Assembly: GCA_032718475.1 (NCBI GenBank) | Contig: JAUCBJ010000073.1 | Coordinates: forward strand, 1-64,000 | DNA length: 64,000 bases | Origin: Nemertoderma westbladi | Taxonomy: Eukaryota > Animalia > Xenacoelomorpha | Direction of reading: 5' to 3' | In this document: in pieces, positions 12,728 through 27,100 of the stretch | How the letters are laid out: each line of letters starts with the position of its first letter | How positions within the stretch are numbered: position 1 is the stretch's first letter | Program-made: the position numbers and the translations under genes | The notes under the pieces: model-generated | What the model was told of the DNA's origin: nothing | Database searches by the model: none | Seen by the model: only the letters and a program-made list of their open reading frames with translations

Positions 12728-15700
12728 ACTACTACTACTAGGTCGAGCGAACTCGGACAGTGGAAATGAGATCCTTCCAGGCTTCCCGATTCTCCATGGT
12801 TGTCGCAATTTCGTTTCTCCCAAGTTCAGTATCCCTTTCAAGTTGATCTATATATGTTATGGCCGGTCGTCCACGACTACGCTTTCCATGAGTTGGTTGC
12901 CAGAGAAGTAGATCTGGTATGACCTCGTCTTTACTTCGCCAGCAGTGCCCACTGAATCTTAATCTGCGTTCACGGAGGGTGGTTGATACAGGTGGTATTG
13001 TACCATAAAGCTCGGCGTTTGTCATGTGTTGTCTCCAGCTGATGTTTAGGGCTGCCCTTAGTAGTCTTGTGTAGCAACCATCAATTCGTTGTTCAAGTGA
13101 TTTAGTCAGTGTCCAGGTCTCACCCCCGTATAAAAATACACTTTCCACTGTGGCTCGAAAGAACTTAGTCTTCAGGTGCCTGGAGAGATCTGATTTCCAG
13201 ATGGGATCTATTTTTGATAGAGCTACCCACCAAGCCTTCGCTTTCTAACTTCTTTGTCCTTTTTGCTACTCTCTATCCATGATCCAAGGTACTGGAAGTC
13301 GTCGACCTTCCTTAGTGGATTATTATCAATGGTTGTCAAGTTTCCATCAACATTAAAGGTCATGAATTCGGTCTTGGTAGCATTTATATGCAATCCAACC
13401 TCCTTAGCAGCCCTCTCCACTTTATTTAGTAGAAGCTGTGCATCTGCTAGCGTATTAGAGAGCAGGGCGATGTCATCCGCAAAGTCGGTGTCTGTGACTG
13501 TAGTTGCCGGATATCTACTACTTCTGCGTTCTTGAAGTGTGAATCCCAGATCTTCACCCTTTGTGGCCGTCCTCATTGCGTAATCCAGCACAATTACAAA
13601 TAGTAATGGTGCTAATGTGTCACCTTGCAGTACGCCAGCCAGGATTGAGAAAAACTCAGTTTCACCATCTGGTGAGAGTACCTGCGCTTCTGTGTCACAA
13701 TATAACAATCCAATGCCAGCAACAATTACTTCTGGTATTCCATAAGCTCTTAGGATTTCAAGCATTTTACCTCTATGGATGGAGTCGAATGCCTTCTTGA
13801 AGTCCACAAAAGTCATGACTGCGGGGAGATTCTTTGACTTAATTCCTTCAATCAGTCTCCGTAGTGCAAGTATCTGAGCTATTGTTGATCTACTTGGTCG
13901 AAATCCGTTTTGGCTCTTACGCAGTAGTTTCTCTATGTGAGGCCTAATCCTATATAGAATCATTTTATTGTATATTTTGGCAGCTACCACAAGCAGACAG
14001 ATCCCACGATAGTTTGTTGGTATGCCGAGGTCTCCTTTCTTGGGGAGAGGCTTTAGTTGACCTTTAGTCCAAATTGGTGGTGGCTTTTCCCCTTTTAACA
14101 TCCGGTTGCAAACATTGCAGGACATTGCTTTCGCCGTGAGGACCAGCCAGTGCATAATCTTGTACTTTGGCAGCCTCATGGAGTGAATAAGCATGGTGGA
14201 CAGCCCATGACTTTCTGGAGACGCATCTTAAAGGACACTGGCCTTAAAGATGCGGATGATCTAGCAAATGTCATGGGTGATAGGGATTTGTGGCGGTGCA
14301 ATTTTGTTGACAAGCCGGCACAGCATTCCTAAAAATGCAGCTGCAATGCAGCATGCCGATCCTAGTAGTGCAAACATTCAATAATGGTCTGTTTAGCACT
14401 CCGGTTTTCCATATCTCCGCTGGGATTTCATCTAATCCACTTGCTTTATTATTGGACATGCTTTTAATGCTTCTTTGGAGTTCGGCAGGTGTGAAGTCCC
14501 CTGTTTCTATAGGTAGTGTCTTGTCATATATTTTCCTTGTAGGGCTGACCTTGATGTTTGGTGGCTGCCCAAGCAAGTTGCTGAAGTGATTTTTCCACTT
14601 CCCAACACGTTCTTCAGGACTATCGGCTTTGAGGCCCCCCTTTCCACAACTTTTCCGACCAGATACCTCATTTACAGTTTGCCAGGTAAGTCTTGATTGT
14701 TGCTGTATGTGAGCAGTTGTAATTGCTTCAGTTTTATCCTGTATGTACTTTTCCTGGCTGATATTGTAGGCCAATTTAAGATCGTCCTTAGCTTTCTCAA
14801 CCTTGTTAATGTTTTCGGTTGTTGGTTGTTCGGTTTTAACTTTGTAGGCTATCTTAAGATCTTCTCTCTTACAAGTAACCTCAGAGTTTTGCCATGGCAC
14901 ATACTGTTTTCGTTTGGGTTTCTGGGGGATATGCCTCTTAGATGATTCCTTGTGGGCTGTTATTATATTCTGGTATATTGAATCGGTGGATTGGTCTTCA
15001 TCCATTGACTGAAGTGCTTCAAAGCGGTTTTGAACTTCTACTGTATAAGCATCCTTTACAGCATTGTCAGTTCTGAGTTTCTCCCAGTCATAGTTGATTT
15101 GCTTGCTTGTCCTGGGTTTGCTGCCTCTCAAATTGAGTCTGATCTCTGCAGTCACAATTCTGTGGTCCGAACCAATTACGTTGAACGAGCTGTATGCCTC
15201 GCAGTTGATCATGCTGTTTCTCCACTTTTTGTTTATAAGGATGTAATCCAGTTGTGCTTTGGTTCCATTAGGGTATTGAAAGGTCCATAGCTTCCCCTTA
15301 CTCTTTTCGAATGTGTTGTTTGTTGGGATCAATTCACATTCTTCCATTAGGTCTAAAAGTAAGTACCCATTTCTGTTAGAACTGGTGTTATAGGTGTAAC
15401 CCTTGATGTCTTCTGGGCCAATTTGCGCATTCAGGTCACCAGCAATGACTTTAACATTGTGTTTCGGAATGTCCTCAATAAGTCCAGTCAGTTCTTCATA
15501 AAACTTGACTGCTTGTTCTGGCTCTGAGGCATTGGTTGGACTGTAGCATAGCAACATATAACTGTTGTCTTGGGATTCCCATCAAATGTTGCGATCATAA
15601 CCCTGGAATTTATAGATTCGATGTTGTTTAGGGTCTTAAGTGCAAATGGGCTTAGCAGAATTCCTACTCCGCCAATTGATGCATTGGCCGAGTTTCTTAC

Positions 15701-15870
15701 TGCTGAGCTTGTTACTAACGTCCATCCATTTCCAATGTCATTGTACTTCATGGCAGTGTCTTCATGACAAATCCGATGTTCTTGGATGCAGATGATGTCG
15801 ATGTTATATTCCATTGCCAGAGCGACCATGTCACCCTGTTTGGTAAGTGCTTTCAGCGTGCGTGCGTTCG
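12728..15870 (-). mobile_element. RTE/RTE-X-like LINE (APE endonuclease + RT), disrupted by two frameshifts and a nested insertion
   Basis: APE motifs ICIQEHR, GGVG, GDLNAQIG, QLDYIL, SDH; RT motifs NYRGI, QNGFR, FVDFKKAFDS, GVLQGDTLAP, FADD, YLG; C-terminal LYGGETWTL and RSRGRP; (TAG)n 3' tail at about 12728-12740; split over ORFs 15488-15829, 14271-15557, 13223-14194 and 12738-13148. Confidence 0.95.
14117..14368 (+). mobile_element. 5'-truncated 3' end of a second RTE-like LINE, inserted antisense into the first LINE
   Basis: Flanked by the 10-bp TSD TGCAAACATT (14107-14116 and 14369-14378); ends TAGTAG; near-identical to about 53200-53452; removing it restores LLNVCNRMLKG of the host LINE. 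Confidence 0.92.
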
Positions 15871-15995
15871 GATATAAAGTCGGATATATAAATAATAATA
15901 TGTATTGGTAATTGTTTAATCTCGTATATTAGTATTCTATTACTAAGTTTAAAGTATCCCTAGAGATAATTAGTTGGTGTTTATTACTTATTTAG

Positions 15996-16295
15996 GCTGA
16001 TTTTAGTCTGGATCCAATTGTCGACGAGATCCCACTGATCCGTCACAACGGATCTGTTGTGGATCCGTTAATGAACCAACGGATTGACTTCCATTTCAAC
16101 GCTGTTCTTGACGCGATAGCGGAATGGCGAAAGGAAAAATCGATACGGGAAGACGTTGGCTTGGGAGGGAAGATCAAGTTCTTCCATAACGCCTTCGTTG
16201 GCGAGACTAAACTCAGGTTCTCGGAAGAGGAAGACAGACTGATGGAGTTCCATTGCGCCCTTCTAGAACTCAAATGCGGGGCGCCTTTAAATACG
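15996..16295 (+). CDS. KDM1B: KDM1B internal exon (amine oxidase domain)
   Basis: TTTAG|GCT ... ACG|GTGAGT; 300 nt, phase 0; DPLMNQRIDFHFNAVLDAIAEWRK matches the LSD2 DFHFNALLD..EWRK motif. Confidence 0.93.
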
Positions 16296-16507
16296 GTGAG
16301 TTCCAATTAGCCATTCTAGAACTCAAGTCTGGGAATCGAGTGGTTCGTGTTGATACGGTTGTTCTAGAATAGTTCTAGAGTAGTTCTAGAATAGTTCTAG
16401 AGTAGTTCTAGAATAGTTCTAGAGTAGTTATATGCCATAGAACATAATAGTATAATAGTTGCTATTCGTGAAAATAATTCGCGTATTATTTGTTTCTATT
16501 GTATCAG

Positions 16508-16714
16508 GTTTCCTCCCTCTGTTGGGACCAGAACGAATCCTTTGTCCAGTTCGCCGGTTCCTCTGCCAGACTGGTAGAAGGCTACGAAGCAATCACTCGT
16601 CGTCTTACCATTGGTCTAGACATCAAGTTACAGTCCCCAGTCGTCAAAGTAACATACAGTGGTAGTGGTGTGGAAGTGGTGACCTCGAGTGGTGATATAT
16701 GTAAAGGAGATAAA
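16508..16714 (+). CDS. KDM1B: KDM1B internal exon
   Basis: ATCAG|GTT ... AAA|GTGAGT; 207 nt; VSSLCWDQNESFVQFAG...GY...GLDIKLQSPV...YSG. Confidence 0.93.
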
Positions 16715-17288
16715 GTGAGTGATTCCGTATTACATTGTTTTATTTTCTCTTTATTAGCTCACTAACATAACTAACTATAAAATGCAGCTTTATTTCCGAG
16801 AATTTATTTCGCCAAACAAAGTCTAGAATACGTAATGAACAATATCGTTATTACACATAACCTAACACTATTCTGAGTGAACGAATTGTTCAGTCTAATT
16901 GGAACAGTTTTATTCTTGGAGGGATTTCGTGTTTGAAGAAGTCAATTAAGCTGGATAAAGTAAACCTGTATTTTTTGCGGTCATCACAGTGATTAAAGTA
17001 TCAATGTGCACCTGTTATAAAACTCTCATTTAAGAATTAAGTTATAAATCGCTGGACAGCTGCTTGTACAAAAATGAGTGATTTACACAGTTGGTTTTGA
17101 TGTTTCTGACAAACTGATTTATACATTTTAGACTTTTTTACCGTCAGATTTTTTTCTGTGAAAAATTTCAGTCATAAACAAATATTAGTTTCCTATTTGC
17201 TTCCTCACTTATAATTTAACCCCTTCTTGTAATCTGTAGGTAAATGAGTTTATAGTAACTTTAACAACTAAATTAATTTTATTCTCAG

Positions 17289-17804
17289 GTCGTCGTTGCT
17301 GTGCCTCTATCGGTTCTCCAATCGAAAGGGATCCAGTTCGATCCGCCGCTCAAGGAGACCAAGGTCTGTTCGGTAAACCGCCTGGGTTGCGGCCAGACCG
17401 AAAAGGTGATCCTTCGATTCGGTGAGGCCGCCTTCTGGGCCTCCAAGGTGGGTAAATCCCGGGTGTTCGGCGGAGTTCCCACCGGCGGCTCCCGTGGTTG
17501 GTTCTCCGTGTTCTACGACAACTCGACCCGCAACCGGTTCATAATCGCCGGGTTGGTCTCCGGCTCCGCCGTACAGGAGATGCGGTCGCTAAGCGACCAG
17601 CTCGTCGTCGAGCGTTGCTTAGCGACGCTTCGCAAGTTGTTCCCCGAGGAGAAGGTTGGCATTCCCATAGAGACGACTGTTACTCGTTGGTACAAGGAGA
17701 CGTATTCCGGGATGGCGTACAGCTTTATTCCGGTGGGATGTACCCCGGACGATGTTGAATCCATTACCAGCGATGTCGATGGCGTTCTATTCTTTGCCGG
17801 AGAG
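17289..17804 (+). CDS. KDM1B: KDM1B internal exon (includes the conserved catalytic Lys in TEKVIL)
   Basis: CTCAG|GTC ... GAG|GTAAGT; 516 nt; VPL..LQ..IQFDPPL, LGCGQTEKV, RGWFSVFYD, VTRW, MAYSF, FFAGE. Confidence 0.95.
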
Positions 17805-18120
17805 GTAAGTGAAACTACTCACCCTATTATATTGCTGTAAATCCAATAAACATAAATTAGCCCAACAAAGGCAACTAAAAAATGACAATCGTTGTATTTT
17901 GAAGCAAAGCAATCGTAACCCACAGTAGTGTTTAATCGGGATCCCCGTTAAAAATGTAATCCCGGTCCCGATCCCGGTCCCGATCCCGATCCCGGTCCCG
18001 ATTCCGAGTTTTTTTGGAACGGGATCCCGAAGTATATCATCCGATGAATAGTTGAACCAGAAGAGATTGATCTCATCGAATTCTCTGATTACTGGATATC
18101 AGTAAATCATCCAGTAATCA

Positions 18121-21100
18121 AACCAAACTGTTACCGTTTTATATTTACAGCACACCGAACTAACTCAAAATCTTACCGTTTTATATTAGCAGCACACCGA
18201 ACTAACTCAAACTCTTACCGTTTTATATTTGCAGCACACCGAACTAACTCAATCTGTTACCGTTTTATATTTGCAGCACAGCGAACTAACTATAACTGTT
18301 ACCGTTTTATATTTGCAGCACACCGAACTAACTCAAACTGTTACCGTTTTATATTTGCAGCACACCGAACTAACTCAAACTGTTACCGTTTTATATTTGC
18401 AGCACACCGAACTAACTCAAACTGTTACCGTTTTATTTTTGCAGCACACCGAACTAACTCAAGCTGTTAACGTTTTATATTTGCAGCACACCGAACTAAC
18501 TCAAACTGTTACCGTTTTATATTTGCAGCACACCGAACTAACTCAAACTGTTACCGTTTTGTATTTGCAGTACACCGAACTAACTCAAACTGTTACCGTT
18601 TTATATTTGCAGCACACCGAACTAACTCAAACTGTTACCGTTTTATATTTGCAGCACACCGAACTAACTCAAACTGTTACCGTTTTATATTTGCAGCACA
18701 CCGAACTAACTCAAATTGTTACCGTTTTATATTTGCAGCACACCGAACTAACTCAAACTGTTACTGTTTTATATTAGCAGCATATCGAACTAACTGAAAC
18801 TCTTACCGTTTTATATTAGCAGCACACCGAACTAACTCAAACTGTTACCGTTTTATATTTGCAGCACACCGAACTAACTAAAACTGTTACCGTTTTATAT
18901 TAGCCGCACACCGAACTAACTCAAACTCTTACCGTTTTATATTTGCAGCACACCGAACTAACTCAAACTGTTCCGTTTTATATTAGCAGCACACCGAACT
19001 AACTCAAACTCTTACCGTTTTATATTAGCAGCACACCGAACTAACTCAAACTCTTAGCGTTTTATATTTGCAGCACACCGAACTAAATCAAATTCTTACC
19101 GTTTTATATTAGCACCACACCGAACTAACTCAAACTCTTATCGTTATATATTTTCAGCACACCGATCTAACTCAAACTCTTACCGTTTTATATTTGCAGC
19201 ACACCGAATTACTCAAACTGTTACTGTTTTATATTTGCAACACACCGAACTAACTCAAACTGTTACCGTTTTATATTTGCAGCACTCCGAACTAACTCAA
19301 ACTGTTACCGTTTTATATTTGCAGCACACCGAACTAACTCAAACTGTTACCGTTTTATATTTGCAGCACACCGAACTAACTCAAAATCTTACCGTTTTAT
19401 ATTAGCAGCACACCGAACTAACTCAAACTCTTACCGTTTTATATTTGCAGCACACCGAACTAACTCAATCTGTTACCGTTTTATATTTGCAGCACAGCGA
19501 ACTAACTATAACTGTTACCGTTTTATATTTGCAGCACACCGAACTAACTCAAACTGTTACCGTTTTATATTTGCAGCACACCGAACTAACTCAAACTGTT
19601 ACCGTTTTATATTTGCAGCACACCGAACTAACTCAAACTGTTACCGTTTTATTTTTGCAGCACACCGAACTAACTCAAGCTGTTACCGTTTTATATTTGC
19701 AGCACACCGAACTAACTCAAACTGTTACCGTTTTATATTTGCAGCACACCGAACTAACTCAAACTGTTACCGTTTTATATTTGCAGCACACCGAACTAAC
19801 TCAAACTGTTACCGTTTTATATTTGCAGCACACCGAACTAACTCAAACTGTTACCGTTTTATATTTGCAGCACACCGAACTAACTCAAACTGTTACCGTT
19901 TTATTTTTGCAGCACACCGAACTAACTCAAGCTGTTACCGTTTTATATTTGCAGCACATCGAACTAACTCAAACTGTTACCGTTTTATATTTGCAGCACA
20001 CCAAACTAACTCAAACTGTTACCGTTTTATATTTGCAACACATCGAACTAACTCAAACTGTTACCGTTTTATATTTGCAGCACACCAAACTAACTCAAAC
20101 TATTACCGTTTTATATTTGCAGCACATCGTACTAACTCAAACTGTTACCGTTTTATATTTGCAGCACACCGAACTAACTTAAACTGTTACCGTTTTATAT
20201 TTGCAGCACACCGAACTAACTCAAACTGTTACCGTTTTATATTAGCAGCACACCGAACTAACTCAAACTGTTACCGTTTTATATTAGCAGCACACCGAAC
20301 TAACTCAAACTGTTACCGTTTTATATTTGCAGCACACCGAACTAACTCAAACTGTTACCGTTTCATATTTGCAGCACACCGAACTAACTCAACTCTTACC
20401 GTTTTATATTTGCAGCACACAGAACTAACTCAAACTCTTACCGTTTTATATTTGCAGCACACCGAACTAACTCAAACTGTTACCGTTTTATATTTGCAGC
20501 ACACCGAACTAACTCAAAAACTCTTACCGTTATATATTTGCAACATACCGAACTAACTCAAACTGTTACCGTTTTATATTTGCAGCACACCGAACTAACT
20601 CAAACTCTTACCGTTTTATATTTACAGCACACCGAACTAACTCAAACTGTTACCGTTTTATATTTGCAGCACACCGAACTAACTCAATATGTTACCGTTT
20701 TATATTTGCAGCACAGCTAACTAACTATAACTGTTACCGTTTTATATTTGCAGCACACCGAACTAACTCAAACTGTTACCGTTTTATATTTGCAGTACTC
20801 CGAACTAACTCAAACTTTTACCGTTTTATATTTGCAGCACACCGAACTAACTCAAACTGTTACCGTTTTATATTTGCAGCACACCGAACTAACTCAAACT
20901 GTTACCGTTTTGTATTTGCAGTACACCGAACTAACTCAAACTGTTACCGTTTTATATTTGCAGCACACCGAACTAACTCAAACTGTTACCGTTTTATATT
21001 TGCAGCACACCGAACTAACTCAAACTGTTACCGTTTTATATTTGCAGCACACCGAACTAACTCAAACTGTTACCGTTTTATATTTGCAGCACACCGAACT

Positions 21101-24100
21101 AACTCAAACTGTTACCGTTTTATTTTTGCAGCACACCGAACTAACTCAAGCTGTTAACGTTTTATATTTGCAGCACACCGAACTAACTCAAACTGTTACC
21201 GTTTTATATTTGCAGCACACCGAACTAACTCAAACTGTTACCGTTTTGTATTTGCAGTACACCGAACTAACTCAAACTGTTACCGTTTTATATTTGCAGC
21301 ACACCGAACTAACTCAAACTGTTACCGTTTTATATTTGCAGCACACCGAACTAACTCAAACTGTTACCGTTTTATATTTGCAGCACACCGAACTAACTCA
21401 AATTGTTACCGTTTTATATTTGCAGCACACCGAACTAACTCAAACTGTTACTGTTTTATATTAGCAGCATATCGAACTAACTGAAACTCTTACCGTTTTA
21501 TATTAGCAGCACACCGAACTAACTCAAACTGTTACCGTTTTATATTTGCAGCACACCGAACTAACTAAAACTGTTACCGTTTTATATTAGCCGCACACCG
21601 AACTAACTCAAACTCTTACCGTTTTATATTTGCAGCACACCGAACTAACTCAAACTGTTCCGTTTTATATTAGCAGCACACCGAACTAACTCAAACTCTT
21701 ACCGTTTTATATTAGCAGCACACCGAACTAACTCAAACTCTTAGCGTTTTATATTTGCAGCACACCGAACTAACTCAAACTCTTACCGTTTTATATTAGC
21801 ACCACACCGAACTAACTCAAACTCTTATCGTTATATATTTTCAGCACACCGATCTAACTCAAACTCTTACCGTTTTATATTTGCAGCACACCGAATTACT
21901 CAAACTGTTACTGTTTTATATTTGCAACACACCGAACTAACTCAAACTGTTACCGTTTTATATTTGCAGCACTCCGAACTAACTCAAACTGTTACCGTTT
22001 TATATTTGCAGCACACCGAACTAACTCAAACTGTTACCGTTTTATATTTGCAGCACACCGAACTAACTCAAAATCTTACCGTTTTATATTAGCAGCACAC
22101 CGAACTAACTCAAACTCTTACCGTTTTATATTTGCAGCACACCGAACTAACTCAATCTGTTACCGTTTTATATTTGCAGCACAGCGAACTAACTATAACT
22201 GTTACCGTTTTATATTTGCAGCACACCGAACTAACTCAAACTGTTACCGTTTTATATTTGCAGCACACCGAACTAACTCAAACTGTTACCGTTTTATATT
22301 TGCAGCACACCGAACTAACTCAAACTGTTACCGTTTTATTTTTGCAGCACACCGAACTAACTCAAGCTGTTACCGTTTTATATTTGCAGCACACCGAACT
22401 AACTCAAACTGTTACCGTTTTATATTTGCAGCACACCGAACTAACTCAAACTGTTACCGTTTTATATTTGCAGCACACCGAACTAACTCAAACTGTTACC
22501 GTTTTATATTTGCAGCACACCGAACTAACTCAAACTGTTACCGTTTTATATTTGCAGCACACCGAACTAACTCAAACTGTTACCGTTTTATTTTTGCAGC
22601 ACACCGAACTAACTCAAGCTGTTACCGTTTTATATTTGCAGCACATCGAACTAACTCAAACTGTTACCGTTTTATATTTGCAGCACACCAAACTAACTCA
22701 AACTGTTACCGTTTTATATTTGCAACACATCGAACTAACTCAAACTGTTACCGTTTTATATTTGCAGCACACCAAACTAACTCAAACTATTACCGTTTTA
22801 TATTTGCAGCACATCGTACTAACTCAAACTGTTACCGTTTTATATTTGCAGCACACCGAACTAACTTAAACTGTTACCGTTTTATATTTGCAGCACACCG
22901 AACTAACTCAAACTGTTACCGTTTTATATTAGCAGCACACCGAACTAACTCAAACTGTTACCGTTTTATATTAGCAGCACACCGAACTAACTCAAACTGT
23001 TACCGTTTTATATTTGCAGCACACCGAACTAACTCAAACTGTTACCGTTTCATATTTGCAGCACACCGAACTAACTCAACTCTTACCGTTTTATATTTGC
23101 AGCACACAGAACTAACTCAAACTCTTACCGTTTTATATTTGCAGCACACCGAACTAACTCAAACTGTTACCGTTTTATATTTGCAGCACACCGAACTAAC
23201 TCAAAAACTCTTACCGTTATATATTTGCAACATACCGAACTAACTCAAACTGTTACCGTTTTATATTTGCAGCACACCGAACTAACTCAAACTCTTACCG
23301 TTTTATATTTACAGCACACCGAACTAACTCAAACTGTTACCGTTTTATATTTGCAGCACACCGAACTAACTCAATATGTTACCGTTTTATATTTGCAGCA
23401 CAGCTAACTAACTATAACTGTTACCGTTTTATATTTGCAGCACACCGAACTAACTCAAACTGTTACCGTTTTATATTTGCAGTACTCCGAACTAACTCAA
23501 ACTTTTACCGTTTTATATTTGCAGCACACCAAACTAACTCAAACTGTTACCGTTTTATTTTTGCAGCACACCGAACTAACTCAAACTGTTACCGTTTTAT
23601 ATTTGCAGCACACCGAACTAACTCAAACTGTTACCGTTTTATATTTGCAGCACACCGAACTAACTCAAACTGTTACCGTTTTATATTTGCAGCACACCGA
23701 CCGAACTAACTCAAACTGTTACCGTTTTATATTTGCAGCACACCGAACTAACTCAAACTGTTACCGTTTTATATTTGCAGCACACCGAACTAACTCAAAC
23801 TGTTACTGTTTTATATTTGCAACATATCGAACTAACTCAAACTCTTACCGTTTTATATTAGCAGCACACCGAACTAACTCAAACTGTTACCGTTTTATAT
23901 TTGCAGCACACCGAACTAACTCAAACTGTTACCGTTTTATATTTGCAGCACACCGAACTAACTCAAACTGTTACTGTTTTATATTTGCAGCACACCGAAC
24001 TAACTCAAACTGTTACCGTTTATATTTGCAGCACACCGAACTAACTCAAACTGTTACTGTTTTATATTTGCAGCATATCGAACTAACTCAAACTCTTACC

Positions 24101-27100
24101 GTTTTATATTAGCAGCACACCGAACTAACTCAAACTGTTACCGTTTTATATTTGCAGCACACCGAACTAACTCAAACTGTTACCGTTTTATATTAGCCGC
24201 ACACCGAACTAACTCAAACTGTTACCGTTTTATATTTGCAGCACACCGAACTAACTCAAACTGTTACCGTTTTGTATTTGCAGTACACCGAACTAACTCA
24301 AACTGTTACCGTTTTATATTTGCAGCACACCGAACTAACTCAAACTGTTACCGTTTTATATTTGCAGCACACCGAACTAACTCAAACTGTTACCGTTTTA
24401 TATTTGCAGCACACCGAACTAACTCAAATTGTTACCGTTTTATATTTGCAGCACACCGAACTAACTCAAACTATTACTGTTTTATATTAGCAGCATATCG
24501 AACTAACTGAAACTCTTACCGTTTTATATTAGCAGCACACCGAACTAACTCAAACTGTTACCGTTTTATATTTGCAGCACACCGAACTAACTAAAACTGT
24601 TACCGTTTTATATTAGCCGCACACCAAACTAACTCAAACTCTTACCGTTTTATATTTGCAGCACACCGAACTAACTCAAACTGTTCCGTTTTATATTAGC
24701 AGCACACCGAACTAACTCAAACTCTTACCGTTTTATATTAGCAGCACACCGAACTAACTCAAACTCTTAGCGTTTTATATTTGCAGCACACCGAACTAAA
24801 TCAAATTCTTACCGTTTTATATTAGCACCACACCGAACTAACTCAAACTGTTACCGTTTTATATTTGCAGCACTCCGAACTAACTCAAACTGTTACCGTT
24901 TTATATTTGCAGCACACCGAACTAACTCAAACTGTTACCGTTTTATATTTGCAGCACACCGAACTAACTCAAAATCTTACCGTTTTATATTAGCAGCACA
25001 CCGAACTAACTCAAACTCTTACCGTTTTATATTTGCAGCACACCGAACTAACTCAATCTGTTACCGTTTTATATTTGCAGCACAGCGAACTAACTATAAC
25101 TGTTACCGTTTTATATTTGCAGCACACCGAACTAACTCAAACTGTTACCGTTTTATATTTGCAGCACACCGAACTAACTCAAACTGTTACCGTTTTATAT
25201 TTGCAGCACACCGAACTAACTCAAACTGTTACCGTTTTATTTTTGCAGCACACCGAACTAACTCAAGCTGTTACCGTTTTATATTTGCAGCACACCGAAC
25301 TAACTCAAACTGTTACCGTTTTATATTTGCAGCACACCGAACTAACTCAAACTGTTACCGTTTTATATTTGCAGCACACCGAACTAACTCAAACTGTTAC
25401 CGTTTTATATTTGCAGCACACCGAACTAACTCAAACTGTTACCGTTTTATATTTGCAGCACACCGAACTAACTCAAACTGTTACCGTTTTATTTTTGCAG
25501 CACACCGAACTAACTCAAGCTGTTACCGTTTTATATTTGCAGCACATCGAACTAACTCAAACTGTTACCGTTTTATATTTGCAGCACACCAAACTAACTC
25601 AAACTGTTACCGTTTTATATTTGCAACACATCGAACTAACTCAAACTGTTACCGTTTTATATTTGCAGCACACCAAACTAACTCAAACTATTACCGTTTT
25701 ATATTTGCAGCACATCGTACTAACTCAAACTGTTACCGTTTTATATTTGCAGCACACCGAACTAACTTAAACTGTTACCGTTTTATATTTGCAGCACACC
25801 GAACTAACTCAAACTGTTACCGTTTTATATTAGCAGCACACCGAACTAACTCAAACTGTTACCGTTTTATATTAGCAGCACACCGAACTAACTCAAACTG
25901 TTACCGTTTTATATTTGCAGCACACCGAACTAACTCAAACTGTTACCGTTTCATATTTGCAGCACACCGAACTAACTCAACTCTTACCGTTTTATATTTG
26001 CAGCACACAGAACTAACTCAAACTCTTACCGTTTTATATTTGCAGCACACCGAACTAACTCAAACTGTTACCGTTTTATATTTGCAGCACACCGAACTAA
26101 CTCAAAAACTCTTACCGTTATATATTTGCAACATACCGAACTAACTCAAACTGTTACCGTTTTATATTTGCAGCACACCGAACTAACTCAAACTCTTACC
26201 GTTTTATATTTACAGCACACCGAACTAACTCAAACTGTTACCGTTTTATATTTGCAGCACACCGAACTAACTCAATATGTTACCGTTTTATATTTGCAGC
26301 ACAGCTAACTAACTATAACTGTTACCGTTTTATATTTGCAGCACACCGAACTAACTCAAACTGTTACCGTTTTATATTTGCAGTACTCCGAACTAACTCA
26401 AACTTTTACCGTTTTATATTTGCAGCACACCGAACTAACTCAAACTGTTACCGTTTTATATTTGCAGCACACCGAACTAACTCAAACTGTTACCGTTTTG
26501 TATTTGCAGTACACCGAACTAACTCAAACTGTTACCGTTTTATATTTGCAGCACACCGAACTAACTCAAACTGTTACCGTTTTATATTTGCAGCACACCG
26601 AACTAACTCAAACTGTTACCGTTTTATATTTGCAGCACACCGAACTAACTCAAACTGTTACCGTTTTATATTTGCAGCACACCGAACTAACTCAAACTGT
26701 TACCGTTTTATTTTTGCAGCACACCGAACTAACTCAAGCTGTTAACGTTTTATATTTGCAGCACACCGAACTAACTCAAACTGTTACCGTTTTATATTTG
26801 CAGCACACCGAACTAACTCAAACTGTTACCGTTTTGTATTTGCAGTACACCGAACTAACTCAAACTGTTGCCGTTTTATATTTGCAGCACACCGAACTAA
26901 CTCAAACTGTTACCGTTTTATATTTGCAGCACACCGAACTAACTCAAACTGTTACCGTTTTATATTTGCAGCACACCGAACTAACTCAAATTGTTACCGT
27001 TTTATATTTGCAGCACACCGAACTAACTCAAACTGTTACTGTTTTATATTAGCAGCATATCGAACTAACTGAAACTCTTACCGTTTTATATTAGCAGCAC

